From sequence record MK373782.1: a DNA stretch of 64,000 bases. One strand, given 5' to 3'. This stretch comes from Escherichia phage vB_EcoM_KAW3E185. The notes beneath the pieces are model-generated. The model was not told the DNA's origin. It searched no databases and saw nothing but the letters and a program-made list of their open reading frames with translations. The translations under genes and the position numbers were made by a program. The stretch's first letter is position 1; each line of letters starts with the position of its first letter. This document shows positions 28,310 through 37,394 of the stretch, piece after piece.

Positions 28310-28768
28310 CTAGATTTTAATCACTGCTTTAGAAGCTTTTCCTGGTAGTCGTTTACTGTTAATAATAGCCATTCTGCATTGAAGAGTCTTCATTTTGAAT
28401 GCTGGATTTTCGCGACAAACTGTAAGTCCTAACCAAAGATTTCCGTCAGTTATTTCTAAACGGCCTGGGCGATATTCGACACCTTCGACAAAATCTTCAT
28501 CAACATCTGGACGGGCCGGCATTGATAAAAATTCTGCAACTTCTTTAACATGATTTTTTACTTTATGAAATAATTCAAAAACGTAATTCTCATCTATTTC
28601 TCTCTGGATGGCACGATCTAAGAGATGTTGAGAATACTTGATATGAAAGCCTGGTAGTCCAAGAGACTTTGCAGCATCTTTTATACCGGCATTTATTTTG
28701 CGGAACTCCGTTTCAAAGATTCGACGGAGTTTATTACGGCGGATAAAAACGTCTGAATTGATAGTCAT
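28310..28768 (-). CDS. regB: endoribonuclease RegB (152 aa)
   Basis: MTINSDVFIRRNKLRR...QCRMAIINSKRLPGKASKAVIKI, near-identical to recalled T4 RegB. Confidence 0.9.
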   Translation of the reverse strand: MTINSDVFIRRNKLRRIFETEFRKINAGIKDAAKSLGLPGFHIKYSQHLLDRAIQREIDENYVFELFHKVKNHVKEVAEFLSMPARPDVDEDFVEGVEYRPGRLEITDGNLWLGLTVCRENPAFKMKTLQCRMAIINSKRLPGKASKAVIKI

Positions 28769-28779
28769 TTTGATTTCTC

Positions 28780-28825
28780 CTCTAGTTGACAGGTCTATAG
28801 TAACACAACTAGAGGAGAAGTAAAC
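28780..28825 (-). promoter_or_regulatory. early promoter of regB with 9-bp inverted repeat around the -10 (minus strand)
   Basis: GTTTAC-17nt-TACTAT flanked by CTCTAGTTG...CAACTAGAG. Confidence 0.5.
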
Positions 28826-28829
28826 TACT

Positions 28830-29045
28830 TTATTGATAAAATGGAGTTAAAGCCCAAGATTCTTTAGATACCATATTGGCGAAATGCCTCATCTCTTCGA
28901 TTTGGCGTCGACGCTGGTCAGCATAGTCTTCTTCGCCTTCTTCCTTACAATCTTCAAGGTCTTCTTCAAGATACTTTAAGTATTCACTACAAATTTTGTT
29001 GACCTTTTCTTGAAAGTCCAATAACCCAGTAATAGTAGAAGCCAT
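28830..29045 (-). CDS. hypothetical acidic protein (71 aa)
   Basis: ATG start; vs.3 position. Confidence 0.45.
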   Translation of the reverse strand: MASTITGLLDFQEKVNKICSEYLKYLEEDLEDCKEEGEEDYADQRRRQIEEMRHFANMVSKESWALTPFYQ

Positions 29046-29311
29046 TAGTATTTTTCCTCAGGTCGAAATACTGCACGACACGCCCACATGCTGGCTTCTT
29101 TTAGATGTTGCTTAGCATACTTAAGAGCCTGCACTGCATCCATATCTTCTTTGGTTTGTTGCTCTGTTTCATTTTCTTTCAAGATATATGCTTCTTCAAT
29201 CAGAGCATCAAACAACAATCCAAGACGGACTTCTGCATCTTTAATAGCGTTCACTTTACCGATTTTATCATCGGTATGCGGCTTGTAGCCTTTGATGTCT
29301 TCAATCGACAT
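29045..29311 (-). CDS. hypothetical protein (88 aa); positional candidate for vs.4 (Acb2 anti-CBASS sponge)
   Basis: ATG at 29311 preceded by GAGGAAA; size and position relative to regB fit T4 vs.4, but the sequence match is not verified. Confidence 0.4.
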   Translation of the reverse strand: MSIEDIKGYKPHTDDKIGKVNAIKDAEVRLGLLFDALIEEAYILKENETEQQTKEDMDAVQALKYAKQHLKEASMWACRAVFRPEEKY

Positions 29312-29525
29312 AAGGAATTTCCTCATCAGTGGCAAGGTCATATTCGACCAATTGGATAGGCTCATTAATACCATATCCACGTACAGTGATATCAGTTGTC
29401 GGATAGTTTCCGGTAATATCACCCATTCTAAATGCTTCAGTGAATGATTGCTCGCCTGAGCAACTAAACCAGGCGGCAAAACATTTTAAAACATCTTCAG
29501 ACCCTTCTATAATCAATTTAGCCAT
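29301..29525 (-). CDS. hypothetical protein (74 aa)
   Basis: ATG start. Confidence 0.4.
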   Translation of the reverse strand: MAKLIIEGSEDVLKCFAAWFSCSGEQSFTEAFRMGDITGNYPTTDITVRGYGINEPIQLVEYDLATDEEIPYVD

Positions 29526-29887
29526 TATAGACTCTCAGTAAAGGTGCGAGCGATAACGTCGCGCTGCTGTTCCGGAGTCAGGGAGTTAAAGCGAACTGCA
29601 TAACCAGATACACGGATGGTCAGCTGCGGATATTTTTCTGGATGCTTAACTGCATCTTCTAGAGTTTCACGACGCAGAACGTTAACGTTCAGATGTTGAC
29701 CACCTTCAATTTTAACTTTAGGGTAATGTTCAATTTCAATTTCACGGGCATGCAAACCGTAGAAAATTTCCGGGTCTACAATAGCGTCTTCTTTAAAAGT
29801 CTTAGAGACAATAATCCGGGCTTGAGTACCGTCTTCAAAATAAATAGTGCCTTTGTGTGTGCCTTCAAGAATTTGATATGCTTTCAT
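29525..29887 (-). CDS. autonomous glycyl-radical cofactor (GrcA/YfiD-like, 120 aa)
   Basis: C-terminal 60 aa ([60 protein letters not shown]) match what I recall of E. coli GrcA, including the RVSGY glycyl-radical motif. Confidence 0.85.
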   Translation of the reverse strand: MKAYQILEGTHKGTIYFEDGTQARIIVSKTFKEDAIVDPEIFYGLHAREIEIEHYPKVKIEGGQHLNVNVLRRETLEDAVKHPEKYPQLTIRVSGYAVRFNSLTPEQQRDVIARTFTESL

Positions 29888-29893
29888 ATAACC

Positions 29894-30202
29894 TCAATTA
29901 GAAAATAAATTTATCCAAGTTTTTTCTTTAATCAAAAATGGGTCGGAATTAAACGCCATTAAACTTTGAGTGATTAATCCCTTAAATGGCCCGTCAATAA
30001 ATTCCATTTTGAAATGTGGAATACTAGTCATCAACCGTGCATTAGGAGCAGTACAAAGAACCTGCTGCCCTGCGAACGGGCCTTTAGTCAAACGGTATCG
30101 TTTAGGTTTAAAATGGTAAATCTCGTAATTTTCTACAAGGGCCCTTTTATTGCATACTGGGCTGTTATAACAATATTCAAAAACTTCAATAGTGGTCATC
30201 AT
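29894..30202 (-). CDS. hypothetical protein (102 aa)
   Basis: ATG start. Confidence 0.45.
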   Translation of the reverse strand: MMTTIEVFEYCYNSPVCNKRALVENYEIYHFKPKRYRLTKGPFAGQQVLCTAPNARLMTSIPHFKMEFIDGPFKGLITQSLMAFNSDPFLIKEKTWINLFSN

Positions 30203-30738
30203 TGCATTCCAATCACAAAAAATTGAGGACGAGCATTACCGCCGATGCAATATTTGCTTTTGCAACAGTGTTGGACTGTTTTAATATGTACATTGTAAAT
30301 CTTATCCATATCAGGAGCTTTAATAGGCTCGTCAATTATATACAGAATACGAGAAAGCGTTAATCCACGGAATTTAGAACCTTCATTGCCAATAAAACTA
30401 CGAACAGAATCAGTAAATAAACGGAATCGAATATCGTCGCTAGAATAACGAGAAAATTCTTTTTCAATGTTGCCAGCAGAAATTTTAGCATAAGCTGAAG
30501 TATTAGAAAGAACAATAACCGTTCCACCATCATACAGCCAATTAGCAGCAAAGTTAGTCACAGCAATTGATTTACCTGATTGTCGGCCGCCGTCTAAACG
30601 AAGTGTACAGTACTGCTTGAGTACGTCTTCAAATGGTGGGACATAACCGTTCTTACAAATTTCTTCTACTCTAGCATCAGAATGGTGTGTAAAAGCATTC
30701 ATCAGGGATAGATAAGGTCCAGTTAAAAATGTTCTCAT
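30199..30738 (-). CDS. hypothetical P-loop protein (about 179 aa)
   Basis: Walker-A-like LDGGRQSGKSIA; ATG at 30738 preceded by AAGAGAAA; ORF track extends to 30774. Confidence 0.5.
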   Translation of the reverse strand: MRTFLTGPYLSLMNAFTHHSDARVEEICKNGYVPPFEDVLKQYCTLRLDGGRQSGKSIAVTNFAANWLYDGGTVIVLSNTSAYAKISAGNIEKEFSRYSSDDIRFRLFTDSVRSFIGNEGSKFRGLTLSRILYIIDEPIKAPDMDKIYNVHIKTVQHCCKSKYCIGGNARPQFFVIGMQ

Positions 30739-30914
30739 ATTATTTCTCTTAAGGTTTGGGCCATTCCGTGGCACATGTTAGGTCCTTCGACTCGCTATGT
30801 AAACCCATTACCGCATTGCGCTCGACCTTATTACAGGTTGGAAAAGGTACATCACTCAGAGGACTCGACGTTCATAAGGAGAGGTTGCGTTTCCCTTTAT
30901 TAGACAGGAATTAT

Positions 30915-31175
30915 TTAAGCTTTACCACCAGAAACAATTCCAAAGTTATCAAAATCGTATTCAATATCATCAACATCCACTTTAGGTCCCGCTACGATGT
31001 ATGCGATTTCGCGGCGCTTTGCATAGGTATTGATTTCTTTACCGTCACCACCTAAGAAAGAATATCCATTACGTTTTAATGAGCCAAAGTCTTCAGCATC
31101 ACCTGCGAATGCTTTAACTTTAAATTTAGGGCCTTTAACGACTGCTTCTGTGATAAATTCTTGATACGTTTTCAT
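30915..31175 (-). CDS. internal-protein-like gene with capsid-targeting leader (about 86 aa)
   Basis: Starts MKTYQEFITEA, the T4 internal-protein targeting sequence with the LxE-type prohead-protease site. Confidence 0.6.
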   Translation of the reverse strand: MKTYQEFITEAVVKGPKFKVKAFAGDAEDFGSLKRNGYSFLGGDGKEINTYAKRREIAYIVAGPKVDVDDIEYDFDNFGIVSGGKA

Positions 31176-31190
31176 TTTTATGTCCATTAG

Positions 31191-31604
31191 TTAGTAAATT
31201 GATTTGCCATAATATTTGTACCAAGACGGCCGTTGAGCAATTTTTTCATCTAAGCGTGCTTGACTTATCGCAATGGACGCTTCGGACGGGTCATAATTAT
31301 TACGAAATTCGGCAGGGATGTCGGAAATATCCTGGACTGTCGTGTCCTTGATTTTGAAACCACGTTTCAAGCATTCAGCGATTAGCTCGATTTGACGTAA
31401 ACGTAAAAATTCGAGTTTGTCGTAAAAGAATGTTACGTGACCTGTGCCTAAGATAAATGTTGGAGAGATTTTAAAATCCTTTACACGTTTACCGTTTTGA
31501 ACATGTTTACGGACTGCACCAAATACGCGTGGTAATTCACGATACTCAGCCATAAGATGTTGGTCGGCCAGTTCAGAAACAAGTGTTAAATTGATACGAG
31601 TCAT
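31191..31604 (-). CDS. denV: endonuclease V, pyrimidine-dimer DNA glycosylase DenV (137 aa)
   Basis: ATG at 31604 gives [34 protein letters not shown]..., near-identical to recalled T4 endonuclease V. Confidence 0.9.
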   Translation of the reverse strand: MTRINLTLVSELADQHLMAEYRELPRVFGAVRKHVQNGKRVKDFKISPTFILGTGHVTFFYDKLEFLRLRQIELIAECLKRGFKIKDTTVQDISDIPAEFRNNYDPSEASIAISQARLDEKIAQRPSWYKYYGKSIY

Positions 31605-31624
31605 AATTTCCTCCAAGTAGTTGA

Positions 31625-31661
31625 TGAATGTATAGTATCAAAGTCCTTGGAGGAAGTAAAC
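31625..31661 (-). promoter_or_regulatory. early promoter of denV, GTTTAC-18-TACTAT (minus strand)
   Basis: Spacer contains the recurring CCAAGGA core; followed by GGAGG and the denV ATG. Confidence 0.5.
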
Positions 31662-31662
31662 A

Positions 31663-31944
31663 CTATTTTTCTGAAGCGCCTGAAATATATTTTTCAAGAC
31701 GTTGTTTCATTAGCGAGCCGTTCTTAGCGATTTCTTCCGGTTTATCGCACATACGTAACAAGGCTTCAAGCTTAGCGATATCGCTGGTACGTTCAAATTT
31801 GCGAGTATCTATCTTACTAGCAAGTTCAGAAATACGTGCTAATAGACTTTCGGCTTCAACCAAAGCTGCACCTAGCTTAGTTGCAAATGTGTCAGTAGCT
31901 TCGTTAAGAATAGATTCTGATAAAAATTCACTATATGTTTTCAT
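31663..31944 (-). CDS. internal-protein-like gene with capsid-targeting leader (about 93 aa)
   Basis: ATG at 31944 overlaps the e stop (ATGA); starts [11 protein letters not shown]. Confidence 0.6.
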   Translation of the reverse strand: MKTYSEFLSESILNEATDTFATKLGAALVEAESLLARISELASKIDTRKFERTSDIAKLEALLRMCDKPEEIAKNGSLMKQRLEKYISGASEK

Positions 31945-32429
31945 ATATACGCTTTCCAAGTTCCTGTTTTAAATGTTGAGATTACGCGTTTCGCGCGATT
32001 AGGTGTCTGACGATACCATTTAGATTGGGCTAGATTTACTGCCGCTTCATCCCAACGTTTCTGTTGAAGCATACGAAGAGAATTAGTAAAACCGGCGACG
32101 CCTGATATACCCATTTGGAAGACCATATTGACCAATGCACACCGACGAACCGCATCTAAAGAATCATATACCGGTTTAAGTTTAGCATTACCCAAGATTC
32201 CGCGAACGGCTTTATCAACGTCTTCATTAAATAGCTTTTCAGCCTCATCAAGAGTAATTGTACCGTTGCATTTACGTCCGATCATTCTGTCAAGTTCAGC
32301 TTTAGCTACGGCTAAAGACGGGTTCTTTGTTACTAAATGGCCTATGCCAATAGTCCAAAAGCCTTCGGTGTCTTTGTATAAAGTCAGTCTAAGACCTTCG
32401 TCATTACGAAGCATTTCAAATATATTCAT
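31941..32429 (-). CDS. e: lysozyme (endolysin) e (162 aa)
   Basis: ATG at 32429 preceded by GGAGGTAT gives [31 protein letters not shown]..., matching recalled T4 lysozyme with the catalytic Glu-8x-Asp-5x-Thr triad; ORF-track start at 32441 is GTG. Confidence 0.95.
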   Translation of the reverse strand: MNIFEMLRNDEGLRLTLYKDTEGFWTIGIGHLVTKNPSLAVAKAELDRMIGRKCNGTITLDEAEKLFNEDVDKAVRGILGNAKLKPVYDSLDAVRRCALVNMVFQMGISGVAGFTNSLRMLQQKRWDEAAVNLAQSKWYRQTPNRAKRVISTFKTGTWKAYI

Positions 32430-32463
32430 AATACCTCCCACGTTTATAGGAGGTATTTATTAC

Positions 32464-32919
32464 TTATAGGAGTGTAGTGAGCACCTTATATAATGATTTG
32501 CCCATTACATATTCCCATTGAGAAGGTTTAATTAAAGCGAATGCATCAAATTCAGGAATCTGTCGTCCGTCTGGGAATGTATGATAGGAATTACAAACAC
32601 TGTTTCTGAATTGCTCGTGCTCTACAGGGATGGTATATAGGAACAGATGAATATTCTTATTGTCTGAGTAATGATGTTCACCTAGGTCTTTCAGGAAGGC
32701 AGGGTCATATTGTGTAAACCCAGTTTCTTCTTCGCATTCACGAATAGCGGCTTCAATAGGAGATTCACCCGGCTCGACACGTCCTTTAGGAATATCCCAC
32801 CGATGAGCTAAAGAACCTTTAGGACGAGAACCAGTTACACGCCCCATGAATAATTCTTTATCTTCGGTAAGGAAAATAATACCGGCTGATAGTTCTTTCA
32901 CTTTATTTTTCTTACTCAT
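32464..32919 (-). CDS. nudE: Nudix hydrolase NudE (151 aa)
   Basis: Nudix box GRVEPGESPIEAAIRECEEETG; immediately upstream of e as T4 e.1/nudE. Confidence 0.85.
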   Translation of the reverse strand: MSKKNKVKELSAGIIFLTEDKELFMGRVTGSRPKGSLAHRWDIPKGRVEPGESPIEAAIRECEEETGFTQYDPAFLKDLGEHHYSDNKNIHLFLYTIPVEHEQFRNSVCNSYHTFPDGRQIPEFDAFALIKPSQWEYVMGKSLYKVLTTLL

Positions 32920-33148
32920 CATCTCGGTCCCATGATTTGGCCATTAATCCGGACATAAATTCTTCAATGCGCGTTTCTTTAGATGGACTTTCACTATTAG
33001 AGACCGCAAGTTTGTAATCTGCAATAGGACAGAACATATCAAGGTCCATATTAAGGTCGTCTTTGATTTTTTCTTCTGACACATCTTTATCGTATGTGTA
33101 CAGATAACTATCACATGATTCTGATTTAATGTAAATTGCTATACTCAT
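32912..33148 (-). CDS. hypothetical protein (about 78 aa)
   Basis: ATG at 33148 preceded by AGGAA inside the recurring junction cassette. Confidence 0.45.
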   Translation of the reverse strand: MSIAIYIKSESCDSYLYTYDKDVSEEKIKDDLNMDLDMFCPIADYKLAVSNSESPSKETRIEEFMSGLMAKSWDRDDE

Positions 33149-33624
33149 CTCAAATTCCTGCATTCGGTAATAAAACGTTCAACTTCATTATTCTTGGCTT
33201 TTATCTTGTCTTTATGTTCTTGTAAACTACTTTTAATAAGATTAATAATGATAGCGACAGTGCCGCCGCCAATGATGCCACCAATAATACTTACGATAGT
33301 AGATGCTAATAAGATAGCAATAATATCAACAAAACCGAAAGAACTCACCTTAGTACTAAAAAACCATACCGATGGTACAAATATAATCCATCCTGCTATC
33401 CATTGGCACTTATTGAAAAACTTTTCAAGATCAGCTTGAGTTGTTCGTATTACTTCATCGATAGGTTGATAACCGTTAATGTATCTGTTCACGATAATAC
33501 CTGCTGGCTGGTCGATTTTAAATTCTTGGCAAATACGTTTAACTAAGTAGGATGGACATCCTGTCCAATCTACTGAATAGTATGAAATACCTTTATTGCC
33601 GTCGTCTATATTATTGTTAATCAT
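33145..33624 (-). CDS. hypothetical membrane protein (159 aa)
   Basis: Two or three hydrophobic segments; C-terminus ERFITECRNLR. Confidence 0.5.
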   Translation of the reverse strand: MINNNIDDGNKGISYYSVDWTGCPSYLVKRICQEFKIDQPAGIIVNRYINGYQPIDEVIRTTQADLEKFFNKCQWIAGWIIFVPSVWFFSTKVSSFGFVDIIAILLASTIVSIIGGIIGGGTVAIIINLIKSSLQEHKDKIKAKNNEVERFITECRNLR

Positions 33625-34310
33625 TACCAGCCTTCCATAGGGAATTCCAGATAAACTTGAGCGTTGACACGAATTTCATTGGTAATCTTTTTAACTCGGT
33701 CTGTATTACGAGATACACGTCCGAACCAACGCCATCCATTACTAATTGCACGAGAACCAGTGTGCCATGTTTGCCAATCAAACTGAAGAAGAGTACGGTC
33801 TGGAGCTTCCCATTTCTCTAGTTCACCTTTTTCAATTTTTTCGAGGACTTCTTTGTGCCACTGGCGATAGATAAGTTCGCCATCAGGAATCTGACTGAAC
33901 TCTGCAGTTCCTGTTGCAAAATGAGTAGGACACACATCAGCGTTAACAAGACCAAGAATATGTTCAGAATGGTAACGAGGGTTGTCATAGTCAGGTTGTC
34001 CTGCAGTAATAAAGTGTTGACCAACTGGAATATCAGGGCGAGGAACATCGTCATGGTGGTATCCAGGGATAGCAGGATACCACCCAGGCATCAGCATATG
34101 AACCCGAGAATCAAATACAACATGTTGATTAGTCCAATCAATTGGGAGATTGGCAATAAAGCTACGAGTGATTGAGCCACCATTATCCCAAGCAAAACCC
34201 AAATCACAATTAAAGAACATTGGTTCATTTTTGATTCGGTCATTTTGTACGTTATGTGCAAAACTACCAACTGCACGAGCTTGACTATTAAAAGTTTTAG
34301 AACTATTCAT
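33624..34310 (-). CDS. hypothetical protein (228 aa)
   Basis: ATG start; His/Asp/Trp-rich. Confidence 0.5.
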   Translation of the reverse strand: MNSSKTFNSQARAVGSFAHNVQNDRIKNEPMFFNCDLGFAWDNGGSITRSFIANLPIDWTNQHVVFDSRVHMLMPGWYPAIPGYHHDDVPRPDIPVGQHFITAGQPDYDNPRYHSEHILGLVNADVCPTHFATGTAEFSQIPDGELIYRQWHKEVLEKIEKGELEKWEAPDRTLLQFDWQTWHTGSRAISNGWRWFGRVSRNTDRVKKITNEIRVNAQVYLEFPMEGW

Positions 34311-34311
34311 A

Positions 34312-34617
34312 TTATTTTCCTCGACATTCTTTAATGAAATTTTCTAGATTGGTAGATTCAATAGCTTTTTTACGAGCTTCTGCGTGTTCTTCTTCAGACA
34401 ATTTACATTTATAATTGACCCAGACGTTATGGTCGAAACTAGTCGTGGCATATAATAACAATGCTCCAACGAATAGCAAAAACGGCGATAAGAATACAAA
34501 ACCAGGAACACCATCCATACTGTAAGCCTTTTGTAATACTGCAACAGAAAGAGCTGCGTAAAAAAGTGATACAAATATTGTTAAAAGACCAATTCGGTTG
34601 GTTTCGCCTAATTTCAT
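34312..34617 (-). CDS. hypothetical membrane protein (101 aa)
   Basis: Hydrophobic N-terminal half; C-terminus NLENFIKECRGK. Confidence 0.5.
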   Translation of the reverse strand: MKLGETNRIGLLTIFVSLFYAALSVAVLQKAYSMDGVPGFVFLSPFLLFVGALLLYATTSFDHNVWVNYKCKLSEEEHAEARKKAIESTNLENFIKECRGK

Positions 34618-34636
34618 AATATTCTCCTCATGTTTT

Positions 34637-34676
34637 AATAGGACTACTATAACATAGTCCTATCAGTTTGTACACT
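34637..34676 (-). promoter_or_regulatory. early promoter with inverted repeat TAGGACTA/TAGTCCTA around the -10 (minus strand)
   Basis: TGTACA-spacer-TATAGT, then AAAAC, GAGGAGAA and ATG. Confidence 0.5.
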
Positions 34677-34876
34677 TATTTTGACATTTCTTCGATGTCA
34701 CGACGATACCCATCACGAACTTCACGAAGAGCTTCAAGGCCACACATAGGCTCGATACCAGTAATGTGAACTTGATTAATCTGATACTCTACATCTTCTA
34801 ACTGAGCGAAAACATAACGACGTTCTGCTGCACAACCAGGTTTAGCTTTACCGAAACGTTTATTCAAAGTAGTCAT
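34676..34876 (-). CDS. hypothetical protein (about 66 aa)
   Basis: ORF-track start is GTG; ATG at 34876 preceded by GGAG. Confidence 0.45.
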   Translation of the reverse strand: MTTLNKRFGKAKPGCAAERRYVFAQLEDVEYQINQVHITGIEPMCGLEALREVRDGYRRDIEEMSK

Positions 34877-34904
34877 TTTTATATCTCCATTCACTCATTT
34901 GTTT

Positions 34905-34944
34905 TGATAGGTCTATAGTATCAACAACTACAGACCTTGTAAAC
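34905..34944 (-). promoter_or_regulatory. early promoter cassette with inverted repeat AGGTCT/AGACCT (minus strand)
   Basis: GTTTAC at 34944..34939 with TATAGA/TATAGT-like -10 inside the repeat. Confidence 0.45.
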
Positions 34945-34956
34945 TGTTTTGTGAAA

Positions 34957-35913
34957 TTATTTGAAAGGTTTTACCATATGAAAGTTTTGTTTGAAACGCT
35001 TGACGTAATCGTCGTGTCCTAAGCTTTGGTACATACTTACTACTTTGCTATAATTTTCCCAAGCGAACTCACGGAACCATCCTGATGTGATTGATGTACA
35101 GACCTTTTCAAGGGCCATCATAAAACTATCACGTGGATGGATTTCAAAGTTATTAGGAATCTGAGAACGTTCTAACGCTAGTACACATGATTCTTCGTAT
35201 ACGCCGGCCAATTTGACCATTTCTGGTAATGATTCGAACTTCTCGCGTGAGGTCATGACTTCAGAACCATCTTTCATATAAAATGTATACGCTGGACGGT
35301 CTGTTAGTGCAATGGCTTCGTGAATAGTATCATGATCGTATGTGTAGATGTCATCTTTAAAGAATGCGCTTTTAGAAGTGTCAAGAACCGGGTGAGCATA
35401 ATTCAAAGTTTCTTTCTGGCGTTTCAGCATAATTTCAGTAAGTTCATCGTTCAGTGTAACACCTTTACCACGAAGATACTGAATATGGTTCATAGTCTTT
35501 AAAAAGAATGGATTATTTTTCTTGAAACGATGAGACATCTTAATTGCAAGACATATCTCAGGAGTTGCCCAGTAAAACCCGTTCAAACGGTCTTTAGTCA
35601 AATTTTTCTTGGCGTATTTTAAAAGGTCATAAGAAGACGTGAAATCTTCAGGAGTGAGTTCACCGACTAATTCACGGACATTAGTGATTGCCGGAACAAT
35701 ATATGCTTCAAAATGAGTTTCGCGTCCATTATGGAAGCATTTGAAAACTTGGACATCAGGGTTATCTTGGTGAACATATACACCCATCATTTGATTTTTG
35801 AATGCATTCCAAGAACCTTGGTCCGCAATAAAGTCCCAATCACTATTTTTAATAGCGCTAGAATCAATAAGACCGTGATAGTGAAGTGCACGAGAACCAA
35901 TAACTAACATCAT
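34957..35913 (-). CDS. hypothetical protein (318 aa)
   Basis: ATG start; N-terminal IGSRALHYHG...SDWDF loosely resembles a GS...DxD nucleotidyltransferase motif (weak). Confidence 0.55.
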   Translation of the reverse strand: MMLVIGSRALHYHGLIDSSAIKNSDWDFIADQGSWNAFKNQMMGVYVHQDNPDVQVFKCFHNGRETHFEAYIVPAITNVRELVGELTPEDFTSSYDLLKYAKKNLTKDRLNGFYWATPEICLAIKMSHRFKKNNPFFLKTMNHIQYLRGKGVTLNDELTEIMLKRQKETLNYAHPVLDTSKSAFFKDDIYTYDHDTIHEAIALTDRPAYTFYMKDGSEVMTSREKFESLPEMVKLAGVYEESCVLALERSQIPNNFEIHPRDSFMMALEKVCTSITSGWFREFAWENYSKVVSMYQSLGHDDYVKRFKQNFHMVKPFK

Positions 35914-35941
35914 AATATTTTCCTCGGATTAATTCATTAAC

Positions 35942-36193
35942 TTAAATTTCACGACATGCGATATTATATTCATCCCAGAGGTCATCATGTGAAGCCTCTA
36001 CCAATGGAACGATTGTACCGTTTATGTCTTCATTATAAGGGCAAATTGTACAGTGCGCATCTTCGAATCGGATGCCTTTGTGTTCAGATTTTTTATAACG
36101 CATATCGAATATCTTTGCAAACTTTTCACGAGTAATGGTTTTAGCAACCACTTTAGTTCCGATACTTTCGTAATAAATCATTGTGGACTCCAT
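35942..36193 (-). CDS. hypothetical protein (83 aa)
   Basis: ATG start. Confidence 0.5.
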   Translation of the reverse strand: MESTMIYYESIGTKVVAKTITREKFAKIFDMRYKKSEHKGIRFEDAHCTICPYNEDINGTIVPLVEASHDDLWDEYNIACREI

Positions 36194-36200
36194 TTGTTTT

Positions 36201-36239
36201 GATAGGACTACTATAACATAGCCCTATCTTGTTGTAAAC
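36201..36239 (-). promoter_or_regulatory. early promoter with inverted repeat GATAGGACTA/TAGCCCTATC (minus strand)
   Basis: GTTTAC-spacer-TATAGT cassette of the same family as at 24685 and 43145. Confidence 0.5.
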
Positions 36240-36243
36240 TGTT

Positions 36244-36441
36244 TTAGCAAGAATAACTAGATGATACCCAGCCTTGAACAGTGATACTATTGTGGGATAA
36301 TGAGATCGCGTCCTGGAGATTCAGACCTGCGTTATCTTCAATCCATAATGTAACTTCTTCGCGTTCTTCTGTTGCAATTTGGAACAGGTTTTCCAGAGCA
36401 GCTACTGCCGTACGTACAGCACAATCTAATTCACGAGACAT
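36244..36441 (-). CDS. hypothetical protein with conserved C-terminal tail (65 aa)
   Basis: Ends ...ITVQGWVSSSYSC; one of three tandem genes sharing the tail. Confidence 0.5.
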   Translation of the reverse strand: MSRELDCAVRTAVAALENLFQIATEEREEVTLWIEDNAGLNLQDAISLSHNSITVQGWVSSSYSC

Positions 36442-36450
36442 ATTGTTTCC

Positions 36451-36723
36451 TTAGCAAGTGTGAGAAGATGCGACCCAACCACCGGTTTCGAGGCTCAGGT
36501 TGTAGTCGTATTGGTAAACGTCAGCCCATTCAGCATAGCCGTTTTTTGCACAACGTTCAAGATCGGCTTTAAGATGTCCGGGTGAATGATAGGTTCCACC
36601 CATACCATAAGCTGGGTACAAGTTGAATGTTGTGTTTTGTTTATCAGCAATTTCTTTGGCAGCCTCAATAGCTGCATAGATTTTTGCTACAGCTTCAGCC
36701 AGTTCGGTTTGTTCTTTAGACAT
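36451..36723 (-). CDS. hypothetical protein with conserved C-terminal tail (90 aa)
   Basis: Ends ...LETGGWVASSHTC. Confidence 0.5.
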   Translation of the reverse strand: MSKEQTELAEAVAKIYAAIEAAKEIADKQNTTFNLYPAYGMGGTYHSPGHLKADLERCAKNGYAEWADVYQYDYNLSLETGGWVASSHTC

Positions 36724-36732
36724 AATGATTCC

Positions 36733-37038
36733 TTAGCACAACGCAGAAGACGAAACCCAAGCACCTTCAGTAATAACGTATCCATTACCTTCACGCTTAA
36801 CATCGCCGCCATTATTTTCAATTTCATCTTTCATCCACTGGGATACGATTTCACCCTTAGGATAATAAGTACGACCGCTACCATAATCACCTACAGAAAA
36901 TGATACGGCATATTGGTCTGCGATCTTTGTTGCTTCTTCTTCGATACGTTCAGCTTGATTCAGAAGTTTATAAATTGCATCTGAAGCGGATTTGGCATCA
37001 TTAAACTCTGGTACTTTAATTTCAATAATCTTACTCAT
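36733..37038 (-). CDS. hypothetical protein with conserved C-terminal tail (101 aa)
   Basis: Ends ...ITEGAWVSSSALC. Confidence 0.5.
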   Translation of the reverse strand: MSKIIEIKVPEFNDAKSASDAIYKLLNQAERIEEEATKIADQYAVSFSVGDYGSGRTYYPKGEIVSQWMKDEIENNGGDVKREGNGYVITEGAWVSSSALC

Positions 37039-37394
37039 TTTCTACATTCCTTAATAAAGTTTTCGATTGTTTCATTTTCACGTTTAGCTAGAAGTTCATT
37101 ATAACTAATCATTTGAGAAGCGTAAATCTTTTTATTTTTCTTGTTATGGTTTATAAAATCGTAGTAAAAATAGACTACAGTACAAAATGATGCGATGGAT
37201 GCAAAGGCTTGGGTATACCGTAAGTCCTGCCATTGGTCTGTGAATCCACCAGTGTTCCCTATAAATCCTAACACAACGCCGTCAATAAGAAATCCAACTA
37301 ATCCAAAGGCAAATCCCATGCCAATACTCATAATAAAAATTAGAATGTTCTCACCAAGAGAAGGCCATACGGTTAAGAGTTGAGGCTTTTGCAT
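37035..37394 (-). CDS. hypothetical membrane protein (119 aa)
   Basis: Glycine-rich hydrophobic N-terminal half; C-terminus IENFIKECRK. Confidence 0.5.
   Translation of the reverse strand: MQKPQLLTVWPSLGENILIFIMSIGMGFAFGLVGFLIDGVVLGFIGNTGGFTDQWQDLRYTQAFASIASFCTVVYFYYDFINHNKKNKKIYASQMISYNELLAKRENETIENFIKECRK

Noticed and set aside
30775-30914. 140-nt intergenic region downstream of the internal-protein-like gene at 30915, considered as a small RNA or terminator
   Set aside because: Contains a GTTTAC-type promoter-like sequence but no convincing hairpin plus U-tract; structure unresolved.
32441-32480. Late promoter for lysozyme e (AATAAATA and TATAAGTA upstream)
   Set aside because: No exact TATAAATA; two near matches only.
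33624-34310. HHDD and later His residues suggesting a 2-oxoglutarate/Fe(II) oxygenase
   Set aside because: The motif spacing does not convincingly match the HxD...H pattern and I cannot verify the fold by eye.
34957-35913. Nucleotidyltransferase (CD-NTase-like) assignment for the 318-aa protein
   Set aside because: The GS...DxD resemblance is weak (17-residue spacing) and unsupported by other motifs; kept as hypothetical.
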